64,000 nucleotides of DNA from NCBI GenBank assembly GCA_963705835.1, contig CAVPLC010000069.1, forward strand, positions 69,449-133,448, written 5' to 3'. This document shows, in pieces, positions 48,569-58,623 of the stretch. Positions within the stretch are counted from its first letter, which is position 1. Each line of letters begins with the position of its first letter. A model generated the notes under the pieces. It had not been told where the DNA came from. It ran no database searches and saw nothing but the letters and a program-made list of their open reading frames with translations. Made by a program: the position numbers and the translations under genes. Source of the stretch: an uncultured Actinomycetes bacterium (lineage in GTDB: Bacteria; Actinomycetota; Actinomycetes; Streptosporangiales; Streptosporangiaceae).

Positions 48569-48934
48569 ATCACCGACGATCCACGCCGGATTCGGCAGAT
48601 CAAAGCAGGCTCGGGGAGTAGCAGCAGGTGACCTGATGACAGCGGCCCGCCATTTCGACCAGTACGCCGCCATCCAGGGCCACGATGAGATCGTGGCCAT
48701 GGCCCCGGCAGGATCTACTCGTGCCTGGTAGGCGCGCCCGGTTCGGCGAGAAGAGTACGGCAACAGGACAGGTTTCCCGCGCGGCGGTGTTGCCCGTCTC
48801 GCCCACTGCGGGTGAGGCGGTGCACCGGTTCTTGCTGGTGAACTAAAAATGAGCGGCGACCGGTGGCCGCTACGCAAGAGCGGGCGCGACCAGCATCATG
48901 ACGCCTTTCATCGGGCGAGGCGGGAGGTACGGAC

Positions 48935-49588
48935 ATGGTGCTTGATCTTGTCCTGATCGGCTTGGCGATAGCATTCGATCCGCTGCCGCTACTGACATTC
49001 ATCGTCCTGCTGCCCTCACAGCGCGGCGCGGTAAAGGGCGCAGCATTCGTGTTCGGGTGGCTGGTATCCGTGGCGATCGTGGTCGCGATTACCGTGCTCG
49101 CAACCGGCAATAACCCTCCCAAGCCGAACACGGCACCCTCACTTGGAGCGCTGGCGGCGAAGATCGCTATCGGAGTCTTCCTCGTCGCGATCGCGATCCG
49201 GCAGCGCCGCAGGATGGGACAGCCGAAGAAACCTAAGAAGCCGCCGAAGTGGCAGGAGCACGTGGACACCATGTCCCCATGGTTCGCCATGGGCCTCGCG
49301 CCCGCGGTCCAGCCCTGGGCTCTGATCGGCGCAGGCGCTGCCACGGTTACACAGGCCAAGCTGTCCAGCTGGGAGAGCTACGTCGCGCTGTTCGTGTTCT
49401 GCATCCTAGCCTCGGCGTCCTACCTCGCCATGGAGATCTACGCCGTTGTCAGGCCCGACCAGAACAAGGCGTTCGTGGACAGGTTCAGGGCCTGGATTAA
49501 CGCCCATACCGATCAGGCGATCATCGTGGGGGGCTTGATCCTCGGCTCGTGGTTCATCGGCAGGAGCATCTACTTGATCGTTACCTGA
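48935..49588 (+). CDS. GAP-family (Sap-like) membrane protein
   Basis: Six TM segments with a central basic loop RQRRRMGQPKKPKKPPKW. GC is lower than in the flanks. The family call rests on overall architecture only. Confidence 0.55.
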   Translation: MVLDLVLIGLAIAFDPLPLLTFIVLLPSQRGAVKGAAFVFGWLVSVAIVVAITVLATGNNPPKPNTAPSLGALAAKIAIGVFLVAIAIRQRRRMGQPKKPKKPPKWQEHVDTMSPWFAMGLAPAVQPWALIGAGAATVTQAKLSSWESYVALFVFCILASASYLAMEIYAVVRPDQNKAFVDRFRAWINAHTDQAIIVGGLILGSWFIGRSIYLIVT

Positions 49589-49633
49589 GACGGCTCCGAG
49601 TACCGGCTCGGCTGTCCCTGGCGTGGCAGCGCG

Positions 49634-50197
49634 CTATTCGCCGGGGTGCTCAGTGCCCGCGTTCTCTGGCCGCTGCTCTCGGCTACGCGTCACCGCACCG
49701 ACGATGACCCTGAGCCCGAGTCCGATGACCAGGAGATCGGTGATCATCTGCGCCGTGACCACGAGCCGCGCCGCTTCTGTCTTAGCCGTGATATCGCCGA
49801 AGCCGACCGTTGAGAACACGGTGACGGTGAAGTACAGCGCGTCCGTGTGCGTCAGCGGCTCGCCGAAGTTGCTGCGGGAAATCGCGGCCATGACGACGTA
49901 GGCGCCGGCGAACAGCAGCAAGAACAGCGGAACGCTGGTCGCGAGGGCTTCGATAGCCCGCAGGCCGGGGAACTGCGACCGGATGATAGAACGGACCTGG
50001 AAGGCGATCAGACCGATGAACATCACCAGCCCGATCACCAGCGTCGTGACGGCGACCGGGGTTGACGAGTGGTCCAGAGGCAGCAGGTAGTAGATAACCA
50101 CCAGCGCGACCGTAGATCCCGTTGCCCGCAGCAGAGACCGCAAGATCCTGCGATATGAGGGCCTGGCATCAGGACCCGGACCCGTGCTAGCAGTCAT
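49634..50197 (-). CDS. two-TM potassium channel family protein
   Basis: Pore helix plus selectivity filter YFTVTVFSTVGFGD. Confidence 0.8.
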   Translation of the reverse strand: MTASTGPGPDARPSYRRILRSLLRATGSTVALVVIYYLLPLDHSSTPVAVTTLVIGLVMFIGLIAFQVRSIIRSQFPGLRAIEALATSVPLFLLLFAGAYVVMAAISRSNFGEPLTHTDALYFTVTVFSTVGFGDITAKTEAARLVVTAQMITDLLVIGLGLRVIVGAVTRSREQRPENAGTEHPGE

Positions 50198-50567
50198 GGG
50201 GAAAGGCTAGCGGGCGAGATAGGGGCATGAACCCAGCTCCGGCAGCTCTGGGCCGCCCCTGGCATGTGCCCAACCCGCAATACGGTCTCACCAGCATCAT
50301 GAATTCCCGTCCGAGCATCTGCTGGCAGACTTGAAGACGAGTCAACAGGCGCACGTGCCAGTACAGCGGCAAACCTAGCCGTACGCCGACGGCCCTGGGT
50401 CGTGAAACCCCTAGGGGTATGCGGGCGGCAGCGGGCAGGCCAGACGGGGCCGGCGAGGCCGAGGAGCCGCGAGGTGTGGCGCCGCCGGCCCCGACTGAGT
50501 CCTCGCCGCGGAACTCCACGCTAGGGGGCGACCGTTCCGGGATCGTTACCGCACGGGAATCGGGACG

Positions 50568-51233
50568 CTACTCCGAGAGCACCTTGTCCGGGTCGTGCAG
50601 GACGACGGTGCCGGCGATCATGTCGTGCAGTGTCTTCCGCTCGCGGCCGGTCATCATCAAGATGAGCGAGAGCAGTTGGGTGATGATGCCCAGGACCGAC
50701 TCGACGATGCTGCCCACGACCTCGCGAAGCGCCATCCACCACCAGCCCGCGACGCGCTTGGTCTCGGGGCGCCAGCAGCGCATGCCCAGCACCTGAAGGG
50801 CGGGGGTCTGGCCGCGGCCCCAGACGATGAGGCCCCAGATCACGTAACCGATTCCGAGGGTGACGATCGACAGCGGAATGGCCAGGAAAAAGGCGCCGAT
50901 ACGGCGGCCCGTGCTGGCGAGCTGGACGCCTTCGGGCAGGACGAGGCCGGACTGCTGGTCGAGATACATGCCCTGCGGGACGGGATCGTCGGCGTACTGG
51001 CCATAGCCGTAACCGGGCGGGACCGGCGGCGCTGCGGGGATTCCTGGCGGCGATTCCATATCGGTTTGCGCGGGCGGCGGAAAGGATTGCGCCTGCGGCG
51101 GGGAATATGACGGGTCCGGCGGCGGGTCGTCATACGACGGTGCTGGTGGCGGCGCGGAATACGACGGGACCGGTGGCTGCTGGACGGCTTCTTGACCGGC
51201 TCCGGACGCGTACGATTCGGGAATATCAGTCAT
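50568..51233 (-). CDS. RDD-family membrane protein with Pro-rich N-terminus
   Basis: PPxPSY repeats. Then RRIGAFFLAIPLSIVTLGIGYVIWGLIVWGRGQTPALQVLGMR and a second TM segment. The ATG at 51233 is preceded by GAGGG. Confidence 0.75.
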   Translation of the reverse strand: MTDIPESYASGAGQEAVQQPPVPSYSAPPPAPSYDDPPPDPSYSPPQAQSFPPPAQTDMESPPGIPAAPPVPPGYGYGQYADDPVPQGMYLDQQSGLVLPEGVQLASTGRRIGAFFLAIPLSIVTLGIGYVIWGLIVWGRGQTPALQVLGMRCWRPETKRVAGWWWMALREVVGSIVESVLGIITQLLSLILMMTGRERKTLHDMIAGTVVLHDPDKVLSE

Positions 51234-51420
51234 GGCAACCCTCACTTTCTGTGCGGTTGGCTGCCAGCCGGACTCTATGCCTTTAGTCGCGGTCAATGTA
51301 ATGATTGCGCGCGAACCGTTATCGATCCGGAAAGCGAAAAGCGCGCGAATTAGCGAATGTCCAGACTAAACTAGGAAAGTCGGCGTAATCGGATATGCGA
51401 GCTATGCGCGAGTGCGGACC

Positions 51421-51455
51421 GCGGGAACCATGGACCGTTCGGAATAAAATGTTTT
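51421..51455 (-). repeat. dispersed repeat DR-A, copy 6
   Basis: Reverse complement AAAACATTTTATTCCGAACGGTCCATGGTTCCCGC. Begins 10 nt after the stop at 51466. Confidence 0.8.
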
Positions 51456-51465
51456 GATCTTGGGG

Positions 51466-53605
51466 TCAGGGCTGGGTCTGCAGCAGGCCGAGCGGGCTGG
51501 GCGCGGCGAACTGGACGGTCAGCAGGGCGGGGCCGGACAGGCCCGCGTGGGCCGGGAGGAAGGGCGGGCGCTGCGCGCGGACGAAGGCCAGGATGTTCCG
51601 GGCTTGCGCGCCGGCGGCGGCGAGCTCGGCCGACCGGAGCGGCGGGGTCAGCGCGGAGCCGGGCGTGCCGGGACCGCCGTCGGCGAAGCCCGCGATATGG
51701 ACCGGCTGATTCGCGGCCAGGGCGGCCAGCGTGATCAGCAGCCGCGCGTCGACCTGGCCGGACGCGAGCTCGGCGCGGGCCGACGGGGTGACTGTCACCC
51801 GCGGGTCGGCGAGGAGCTGGCGCCCGGCGGTCTGCCTGGCGCTGCGGTCGGCGGCGAGCGCGGCCCGGAAGGCTCCGGCCTGCGCCACCACGCGCACGTC
51901 GATCCTGGCCGGGCCGGTGCCGAAGCTGGCCAGCGTCTCGGGCGCGTACACGCTGGCCAGACGGCTGCCGAACATCGCGCGCACCGCGGCCGTGGCCACC
52001 ACGACGGCCGAGCCGAGCGGGTCGGACGCACCGGGACCGAGCACGAGAAGGTTAGCGGCCGGGACGCCGCTGCGGACCAGAGCGGAGCACATCGCGGGGT
52101 CGCAGGACACGATGGCGGCGCTGTTGACCTGGCTGGCCACCCAGGCCGCGGCCTGGTCGCGGACGGCGGCCGCCAGGCTGAGCGGGGCGGGCGCGGCCGG
52201 GCGGGAGGTCCGGTCGGATGACGTCAGGTGCGGCGCCGAGAAGCCGTTCGTGGCCTCGACGGCGAGCACGGCGCCGATCACCCCGGCCGAGCAGACCAGC
52301 CCGATCCGGCGCAGGCGGGGCCAGTCAACACGGGGCCAGTCGACGCGGGTGTGTTCCGGGCTCGCCTCGTGGCGTTGCGGGGTGGTGGGTACGGCGGGAT
52401 CGGCGGCTAGTTCGGTGGCGCGGCGCAGGTGATAGCCGAGTTCGAGCTGGGCGCGCTGGGCGTTGGCCGACTCGGTGCGGGCTCGCCAGTATCCGGCGGC
52501 ATCGCGGTGGGCCGCGGCGACCTCGGCGTTGCGCCCGGCCTCATCGAGGCGGCGGTGCAGTTCGGCGGCGGTCCAGCGGTGGACCGATCGCTCGTGACCG
52601 GGGCCGTCGGTGAGCAGGCCCACGGCCTCGCACTCGGCGATGTGCGCCGGGCGAGCGGCCAGCACGTCAGGCTGCGACCGGGACGCGGAACACCGACGCT
52701 CGGACGAGCATCGCCTGCGCACCGGCGCTGAGCCGGTCGAACAGCTCGCCGAGCATCTGGTCGCCCGCCGCGAGCGCGATCGACTCGGCGGTCGCCGCGG
52801 GCAGCTCGGTGGGTTCCGTCTGGGTCGCGGCCTGGCCGGTCCGGGCCTGCACGGCCGCGGTTATCCGGCCAGTCACGTCGTCGAGACGCAGGCCGGCCGC
52901 CAGCAGGGAGTCCAGGTACTCCATGGCGCGCGGGTGCCCGGCGGTCAGCCGCCACGCGAGGTCCCGTTCGGCTTCGGCAAGCATGCGGAGCGCGGGCAGG
53001 GACAGGGCTAGTTCGGCGGCACCCGAGCGGGTCAGCGGGCCGAGATGACGGAACGCCAGGCGTTCCTTGCGCAGCCCGGGCACTGAGAACGGGCGAACGC
53101 AGCTGATCAGCAGCTTGCCGGTCCAGCCGGCCAGCAGCGCGGCCAGCTGAGGGTCGCGGACGGTCCACAGGCCCGTCTCGTCCGAGAGGTTGTCGTCGAA
53201 GTCGTCAAGGACGACCAGATCGGTCTCGGCCGGCTCGGCGACCAGGCTGGCGGCGGATACCTCGCCGGTGAGCACGGTGATGACGCGTTCCGGCGTCAGG
53301 CGGCTCACGCGAGAGACGATCTGGGCGACCAGCGTCGACTTGCCGATTCCGCCGACGCCGTGCACGACCAGCGCGGTCACGTTCGGTCCGGTCAGATCGG
53401 CGGACCAGCGCCGCCGCTCCGCGGACCGGATGGACAGGGAGGTGCGCTGGAGCACGGCGCCGGACGTCCGGGCGTGGCGCGCGGAATGCCGCGCACGGGC
53501 CGGTTTCTCCTCCGGGCCGGCTCGCCTGGCCGACGGCACGTCGTGCGGCAGGACACCGCGCGTCAATTCCGCGTTATCGTGCCGAATACGGACTAACTTC
53601 GCCAC
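51466..53605 (-). CDS. NB-ARC/STAND-type P-loop ATPase fused to a TM segment and an extracytoplasmic domain
   Basis: P-loop HGVGGIGKSTL and Walker B LVVLDDFD. Helical region and TM segment IGLVCSAGVIGAVLAV, then a roughly 260-aa C-terminal domain. ORFs 52667..53605 and 51466..52722 join at about 52670-52680. Length is 1 mod 3. Confidence 0.7.
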
Positions 53606-53841
53606 TATTCCACCCCTTCCCCGTTCTCTGGCAGACGGGGCAAGCCGCTATTCCCCTGTTATATAGCACACTGGGCTACACAACGAGTGCTTTTAGTGAT
53701 TGTCGCTCGCGGCGCAAGGAGGTCAAATTACCCCACAAATTTGGACTTATACCGAAAAGGCAGGTGCGTGCTTGCCTTCGCTCGCGCGGCGCAAACGTGG
53801 TTATAACGGGCAGACCGGATTAGGCTGGCATTTGGTGGAAT

Positions 53842-55341
53842 ATGCGGAAAGAGGTCGGGTCGGTGAGTGACTGGGATCTTGTGCTGCGCGGCGGGCGGGT
53901 CGTGGACCCGGAGTCCGGTCTGGACGCCATCCGGGACGTGGCGGTGGCCGGGGGGCGGGTCGGTTCGGTCGGCGAGGCCTTCCGGGGAACGACGGCCTCG
54001 GTTGACGTGACGGGGCTGGTGGTGACGGCCGGGTTCGTGGACCTGCACAGCCACGTGAACGACATCACGGGCATGAGGCTGCAGGCGCTCGACGGCGTCA
54101 CGACGGCGCTGGAGCTCGAGGCGGGCGCCACGCCGGTTCGTGCGGCGTACGAGGTCGCCGCGGCTGCGGGCCGACCGGTCAACTACGGATTCTCCGCGTC
54201 CTGGGCGATGGCGCGGATGCAGGCGGTGGCCGGGATGACGCCCGGAGCCTCGCTGGCCGGGTTCCTGGCCAGCCTGGGCGATCGGCGCTGGCAGCGGGCG
54301 GCCTCGCCCGAGCAGATCGCGGCGATGATGGACGCGCTGTCGGCCGACCTGGCCGACGGGGCGCTGGGCATCGGGGTGCTGCTCGGGTACGCGCCCGGCG
54401 TCAGTCCGGACGAGTACCTGATGGTGGCCGCGCTGGCGGCGCAGGCCGGCATGCCGACGTTCACGCACGCGCGGGACCTGATCGAGCTGGTGCCGGGCAC
54501 GCTCATGGACGGTGCGGAGGAGATCGTGCGCGCCGCGGGCCAGACCGGCGCGCACATGCATTACTGCCACGTGAACAGCACGTCGCAGCGCCACATCGAC
54601 CGGGTGCTGACCGTCGTCGGCCGGGCCCAGGCCGCAGGGGCGCGGGTGAGCACCGAGGCCTACCCGTACGGATCGGGCATGACCGCGATCGGCGCGGCGT
54701 TCCTGGCGCCGGAGCGGCTCGGCGAGCGCGGGCTGGTGCCGTCGTCTTTGACGTTCGCGCCGACCGGCGAGCGGGTGGCGAGCGCGTCGCGGCTGCGCGA
54801 GCTTCGGCGCCGTCATCCGGGCGGGCTGGTCACCATCGACCTGCTCAACGAGGACGATCCGGCCGACCGGGCGCTGCTGATGAGCTCGCTCACGTTTCCC
54901 GGCGCCGTGGTGGCGAGCGATGCGATGCCGCTGACCTTTGCCGAGCCGTCACCGGACCAGCGCGCCTGGCCGCCGCCCGCGACGGCGATCACGCACCCGC
55001 GGACGGCGGGGACGTTCTCGCGGGCGCTGCGGCTGCTGACGCGGGGCTCGGTTTCTTACGGGCTCGCTCAGGCGCTCGGTAAGTGCAGCCTCGAGCCGGC
55101 CCGGCTGCTGGAGGATCACGTGCCGGCGATGCGGCGCAAGGGGCGGCTCGGGGCGGGGAGCGACGCGGATATCGTGGTGTTCGATCCGGCGGTTATCACC
55201 GATTGCGCTACCTATGTCGAGAGCACTCGGCCCTCGTCGGGTATCCGGCACGTGCTGGTCAACGGTTGTTTTGTGGTGCGGGACGGGGAGATCGTGCTCG
55301 ATGCCGCGCCGGGGAGGGCGGTCCGGGCCGAGCCGCGTTGA
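53842..55341 (+). CDS. amidohydrolase, N-acyl-D-amino-acid deacylase (D-aminoacylase) family
   Basis: Has DLVLRGGRVVDPESG and the metal-binding motif GFVDLHSH. Also has the C-terminal DADIVVFDP ... GIRHVLVNG. Confidence 0.8.
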   Translation: MRKEVGSVSDWDLVLRGGRVVDPESGLDAIRDVAVAGGRVGSVGEAFRGTTASVDVTGLVVTAGFVDLHSHVNDITGMRLQALDGVTTALELEAGATPVRAAYEVAAAAGRPVNYGFSASWAMARMQAVAGMTPGASLAGFLASLGDRRWQRAASPEQIAAMMDALSADLADGALGIGVLLGYAPGVSPDEYLMVAALAAQAGMPTFTHARDLIELVPGTLMDGAEEIVRAAGQTGAHMHYCHVNSTSQRHIDRVLTVVGRAQAAGARVSTEAYPYGSGMTAIGAAFLAPERLGERGLVPSSLTFAPTGERVASASRLRELRRRHPGGLVTIDLLNEDDPADRALLMSSLTFPGAVVASDAMPLTFAEPSPDQRAWPPPATAITHPRTAGTFSRALRLLTRGSVSYGLAQALGKCSLEPARLLEDHVPAMRRKGRLGAGSDADIVVFDPAVITDCATYVESTRPSSGIRHVLVNGCFVVRDGEIVLDAAPGRAVRAEPR

Positions 55342-55464
55342 GGCGGGCGGGGCGGTGAGGCGCGGCGGTGGGGCGGCCGCGCGGCACTGAGCCAGCCGCG
55401 CGGTGGCGCGGACCTGCGGCGGCGCGGACCTGCGATCGAACATACCTTCAGGGTGCTCGCGATC

Positions 55465-55493
55465 TTGCCTGTAGACTGAATTTCTGTTCTAAT
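55465..55493 (+). promoter_or_regulatory. possible sigma-70-type promoter (TTGCCT-17 nt-TCTAAT)
   Basis: Read directly in an AT-richer patch about 150 nt upstream of the 55641 ORF. Hexamer match only. Confidence 0.25.
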
Positions 55494-55640
55494 ACTGGCG
55501 TGGGTCTCGTCGACGAAACAGCGAGGCGCCCAGTCCTGTGCGCGCTGGTCCCCGTGCCGCAGGACCAGGGCGCGCAGCGGCCGACGCCAGGCCCCGCTGG
55601 TTACGACGCCTGAGCGGCTCATCCTAGACGCACGGTAGAG

Positions 55641-56723
55641 GTGAGGACGACGAGTGAGCGATTCGAAAGTCTGAGCGACGATGACGAGCAGTGGCTTAGC
55701 GACATCGAAACTATGACGCTTAATCTCGGCCAGGAGCTGTCCGCCTGGCGCGAGGCCCGGCATCGTTCGGTCGGCGACGACGACTACGCCATGGACGACG
55801 AGCCTGCGGACGAGGGTCTCCACCCGGCCGTCGGCCAGGCCGATCGCGCGCATCACGAACGGCCGCCCGCGCCGATCCATAGCGCGACAATCTATCCGGC
55901 CGACATGGCCGAGCCGGCCACGGCCCGGCAGCCGCGTTCGACCGACCAGCGGACCAGGACGCTGATCGACCATGGCCGGCGCAGCGCTCGGCCGGCGCGG
56001 CGGTTCCGCGGCCGTACGATGACCGTCGGCGTGGTTCTGCTTGCCGTGACGGTTGCCATCCTCGCCGTCCTGGTGTTCAGGAAGAGCCCGTCCTGGCCGG
56101 CCAGCGTGGCGACGGTGCAAGGCGAGATCACCACCGCCTGCGAGAATCCCGATGTGGCTTCGGAGCCCAATCAGGTCAATTTCGCGTGCAACAAGAACAC
56201 CAGCCAGATCCTGTGGGTATTCGCCCTTATGACGAGCGGCAATAATCCGTCGTTTAGCGACGCGAAGAGCGGGCGGCAGGGCCTGGAGCCGATTGCACCC
56301 GCGCAGGGCGGCGAGGTCGCGTGGACGCTGAATCTGCATCATCCGTACAATCCGCTCACTCCGATAGACAGCCTGGAGGTCGCCGCCCGTGCGATCAACA
56401 ACATTATCGGCGGCGCGACGATCACGGCCAGCAATGGCAAGCTGACCGTACAGCCAGGGCTGGAAAGCAATTCGACCAATTGCGCCAGGTATACCGGGTC
56501 CGCAGCGGTCATCACGCGGGCCGGGTTCCCCGACATCTGTGCGCAGCCGGTCAGCGCCGGAGCAGGCCAGGCCGCGCTGGTGTCCGACGTCTATCAGGAA
56601 TGGCTGGTGGGCTCGCCCCCGGCGGCGGCCCAGGAGGCCGGCGTGCTCTTTGAAAATGCCGGCAATCCCGGTAACCCGATGGTGCAGGCCATCTTGAGGA
56701 CGCTGTCCGGCGTCGCGAGCTGA
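55641..56723 (+). CDS. hypothetical membrane-anchored extracytoplasmic protein
   Basis: 360-aa ORF with an acidic cytoplasmic N-terminus and one TM segment (VGVVLLAVTVAILAVLVF). The Cys-containing ectodomain has lower GC. No family recognised. Confidence 0.55.
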   Translation: MRTTSERFESLSDDDEQWLSDIETMTLNLGQELSAWREARHRSVGDDDYAMDDEPADEGLHPAVGQADRAHHERPPAPIHSATIYPADMAEPATARQPRSTDQRTRTLIDHGRRSARPARRFRGRTMTVGVVLLAVTVAILAVLVFRKSPSWPASVATVQGEITTACENPDVASEPNQVNFACNKNTSQILWVFALMTSGNNPSFSDAKSGRQGLEPIAPAQGGEVAWTLNLHHPYNPLTPIDSLEVAARAINNIIGGATITASNGKLTVQPGLESNSTNCARYTGSAAVITRAGFPDICAQPVSAGAGQAALVSDVYQEWLVGSPPAAAQEAGVLFENAGNPGNPMVQAILRTLSGVAS

Positions 56724-56766
56724 TATCGCGCCCGGACCGTCGCCGTCGCATCGCAAGCGGAAGAAG

Positions 56767-58302
56767 GTGATTTTGATGAATTCGGCCAGGAAGCAGCGCT
56801 GGCAGCAGGCTACCGCGCTGGTGAGCCTCAGCACTGCTGGCGCGATGACCGGAATCGCCTTCGCTCACGGGACGCTCGCCGATATGACCTCACCGACGAG
56901 CATGCCGGCTCACCTGCTGGCCTTTAAGAAGGCGGCCGGGCCGACGCTCAGCGGCGACGGCGAATTGCGATCGGCGATCGTCAGCGCGGCACAGTACTAC
57001 CTGCGCCTGGCCCAGGGCAAGACACCCTCGGAGATGGAGGCGCTGATCTGGCAGGGCGCAAGCACCGACGGTGCCGACCACGGCGAGTCGTGCGCGGCCT
57101 TTGCCAGCCTGACCCTCGAGACCGGCGCGCAGGCGACCGGGCAGCAGAGCTGGATAACCGGCGGCACCAGTTATCCCTGGCCGTTGCACCAGTGGGCCGA
57201 CGTGCGTGTTGACCCCAATCCCCAATCACCCGGCATCGTCTCCGTCATGCAGGACGCCGAGGCCCATCACCGCTGGCACCCGCTGGGCGACGGCTACACG
57301 CCCCAGCCGGGCGATTGGGTCATGTTCGCCGGCCACGTCGAAGTGGTCACCAAGTACTCAGGCGGAGTCCTGTACACGATCGGCGGTGACTCCATGCCGA
57401 ACCTCTCGGTCAATGCGCACGAGTACGACGACCCGCTCGGCGCGCAGGGCGTGACCGGCTTCGTCAACAACGGCGAACTGGCAGGCTCGCAATCCCCGGC
57501 GGCGACGGTCGACGCAAGCCTGCCGTCGTCGCAGGGCGGCGCCCTGGACGGCACGGCGGAGCCGGGACAGGCGGTGATGTTCGGCGTGGGGCCGGCGCTG
57601 AGCAATTCGAATGCCGGCCAGGCAGGCGCGGGACCAGGGTCGGGGTCGCAGACCGGTCTCCCGGCCGACGGGATCGTCGTCCTCGGCACCGCGGCCATCC
57701 CGGCCGCGCCGGGGATCTCGGCCGGCGGCTCTGGTAGCGCCGGTGGTCACAGGTACAGCCGGACTCAGGCCGTGGCCGGCGGGGCGCAGGCCCCTGACAC
57801 GCCGACCCAGCAGGCCTTTATCCAGCAAGTGGCCAAGGGCGCTGCCGAGGCGCAGCGGCAGTACGGCATCCCGGCGGCGGTCACGATCGCGCAGGCGATC
57901 GACGAGTCTGCATGGGGGCAGAGCCAGCTGGCGGCGCAGGACAACAACCTGTTCGGGATCAAGGGCACGGGTCCGGCCGGGTCGGTCATGATGCCGACCC
58001 AGGAATACCAGAACGGCCAGTGGGTGACGGTCAGCGCGCCGTTCCGCGTGTACAACAGCGTCTCCGAGAGCATCGCCGATCACAGCCTGCTGCTGGCCAC
58101 CGGCTCGAGCTACAAGCAGGCCATGGCGGACCGGCAGGATCCCGACGCCTTCGCCAACGACCTGACCGGTGTGTACGCCACCGATCCCCATTACGGCGCG
58201 AACCTGATCACGATCATGCGGCTGTACAACCTGTACCGCTACGGCTCGGGGACGCAGACCGGGACGCAGGCCAGGTCGTCCTCGTCCGCTCGGCCGGGCT
58301 GA
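56767..58302 (+). CDS. secreted cell-wall hydrolase: CHAP/NlpC-like amidase domain + glucosaminidase (FlgJ-like) domain
   Basis: Signal-like N-terminus. GESCAAFASL and GDWVMFAGHVEVVTKY carry a Cys/His pair. The C-terminal domain has TIAQAIDESAWGQSQLAAQDNNLFGIKG ... YATDPHYG. Confidence 0.75.
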   Translation: MILMNSARKQRWQQATALVSLSTAGAMTGIAFAHGTLADMTSPTSMPAHLLAFKKAAGPTLSGDGELRSAIVSAAQYYLRLAQGKTPSEMEALIWQGASTDGADHGESCAAFASLTLETGAQATGQQSWITGGTSYPWPLHQWADVRVDPNPQSPGIVSVMQDAEAHHRWHPLGDGYTPQPGDWVMFAGHVEVVTKYSGGVLYTIGGDSMPNLSVNAHEYDDPLGAQGVTGFVNNGELAGSQSPAATVDASLPSSQGGALDGTAEPGQAVMFGVGPALSNSNAGQAGAGPGSGSQTGLPADGIVVLGTAAIPAAPGISAGGSGSAGGHRYSRTQAVAGGAQAPDTPTQQAFIQQVAKGAAEAQRQYGIPAAVTIAQAIDESAWGQSQLAAQDNNLFGIKGTGPAGSVMMPTQEYQNGQWVTVSAPFRVYNSVSESIADHSLLLATGSSYKQAMADRQDPDAFANDLTGVYATDPHYGANLITIMRLYNLYRYGSGTQTGTQARSSSSARPG

Positions 58303-58490
58303 GCGGCGTCGCACGGCTCGGAACCGGTCTCGGCGGCGGTGCCCGCAGCAGTAGCGGCAGCGGTACGCACGGAGCGGCCGGTGGCGGGAACGGGACCGGG
58401 GTGCTGAGCTACGGCCCGGCGCTGGGCGGGCCGGGTCCCGGTACGGCCGTCGGCGGGACCGGTCCTGGCGCGGCGGTCGGCGGGACCCCG

Positions 58491-58555
58491 AGCGGCGGGA
58501 CGGCGAGCGGCGGGACGGGGAGCGGCGGGACGGGGAGCGGCGGGACGGGGAGCGG
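58491..58555. repeat. 4 x 15-bp tandem repeat AGCGGCGGGACGGGG
   Basis: Counted directly. Part of a roughly 900-nt G-rich low-complexity stretch (58303-59250). Confidence 0.85.
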
Positions 58556-58623
58556 GACAGCGCTGCGTGGGACGAGCGCCGGTGCGGCGGCGGGGAACAA
58601 GGCGCTTCAGAACCGTGTCCAGC

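Noticed and set aside
48569-48934. Small ORFs (for example MTAARHFDQYAAIQGHDEIVAMAPAGSTRAW) in the spacer before the GAP-family gene
   Set aside because: They are short, lack ribosome-binding sites and lack family resemblance. They may be debris of a lost gene, but there is not enough evidence to annotate them.
51421-51455. Reading DR-A as an ECF (GGAAC...CGTT) or SigR-type (GGAAT-N18-GTT) promoter, or as a LexA SOS box
   Set aside because: - GGAAC and CGTT are only about 8 nt apart instead of 16-17.
- The GGAAT-N18-GTT spacing holds in none of the copies.
- The dyad CGAAC-N8-GTTC has the wrong spacing for the actinobacterial TCGAAC-N4-GTTCGA box.
- Copies occur in both orientations and mostly after genes.
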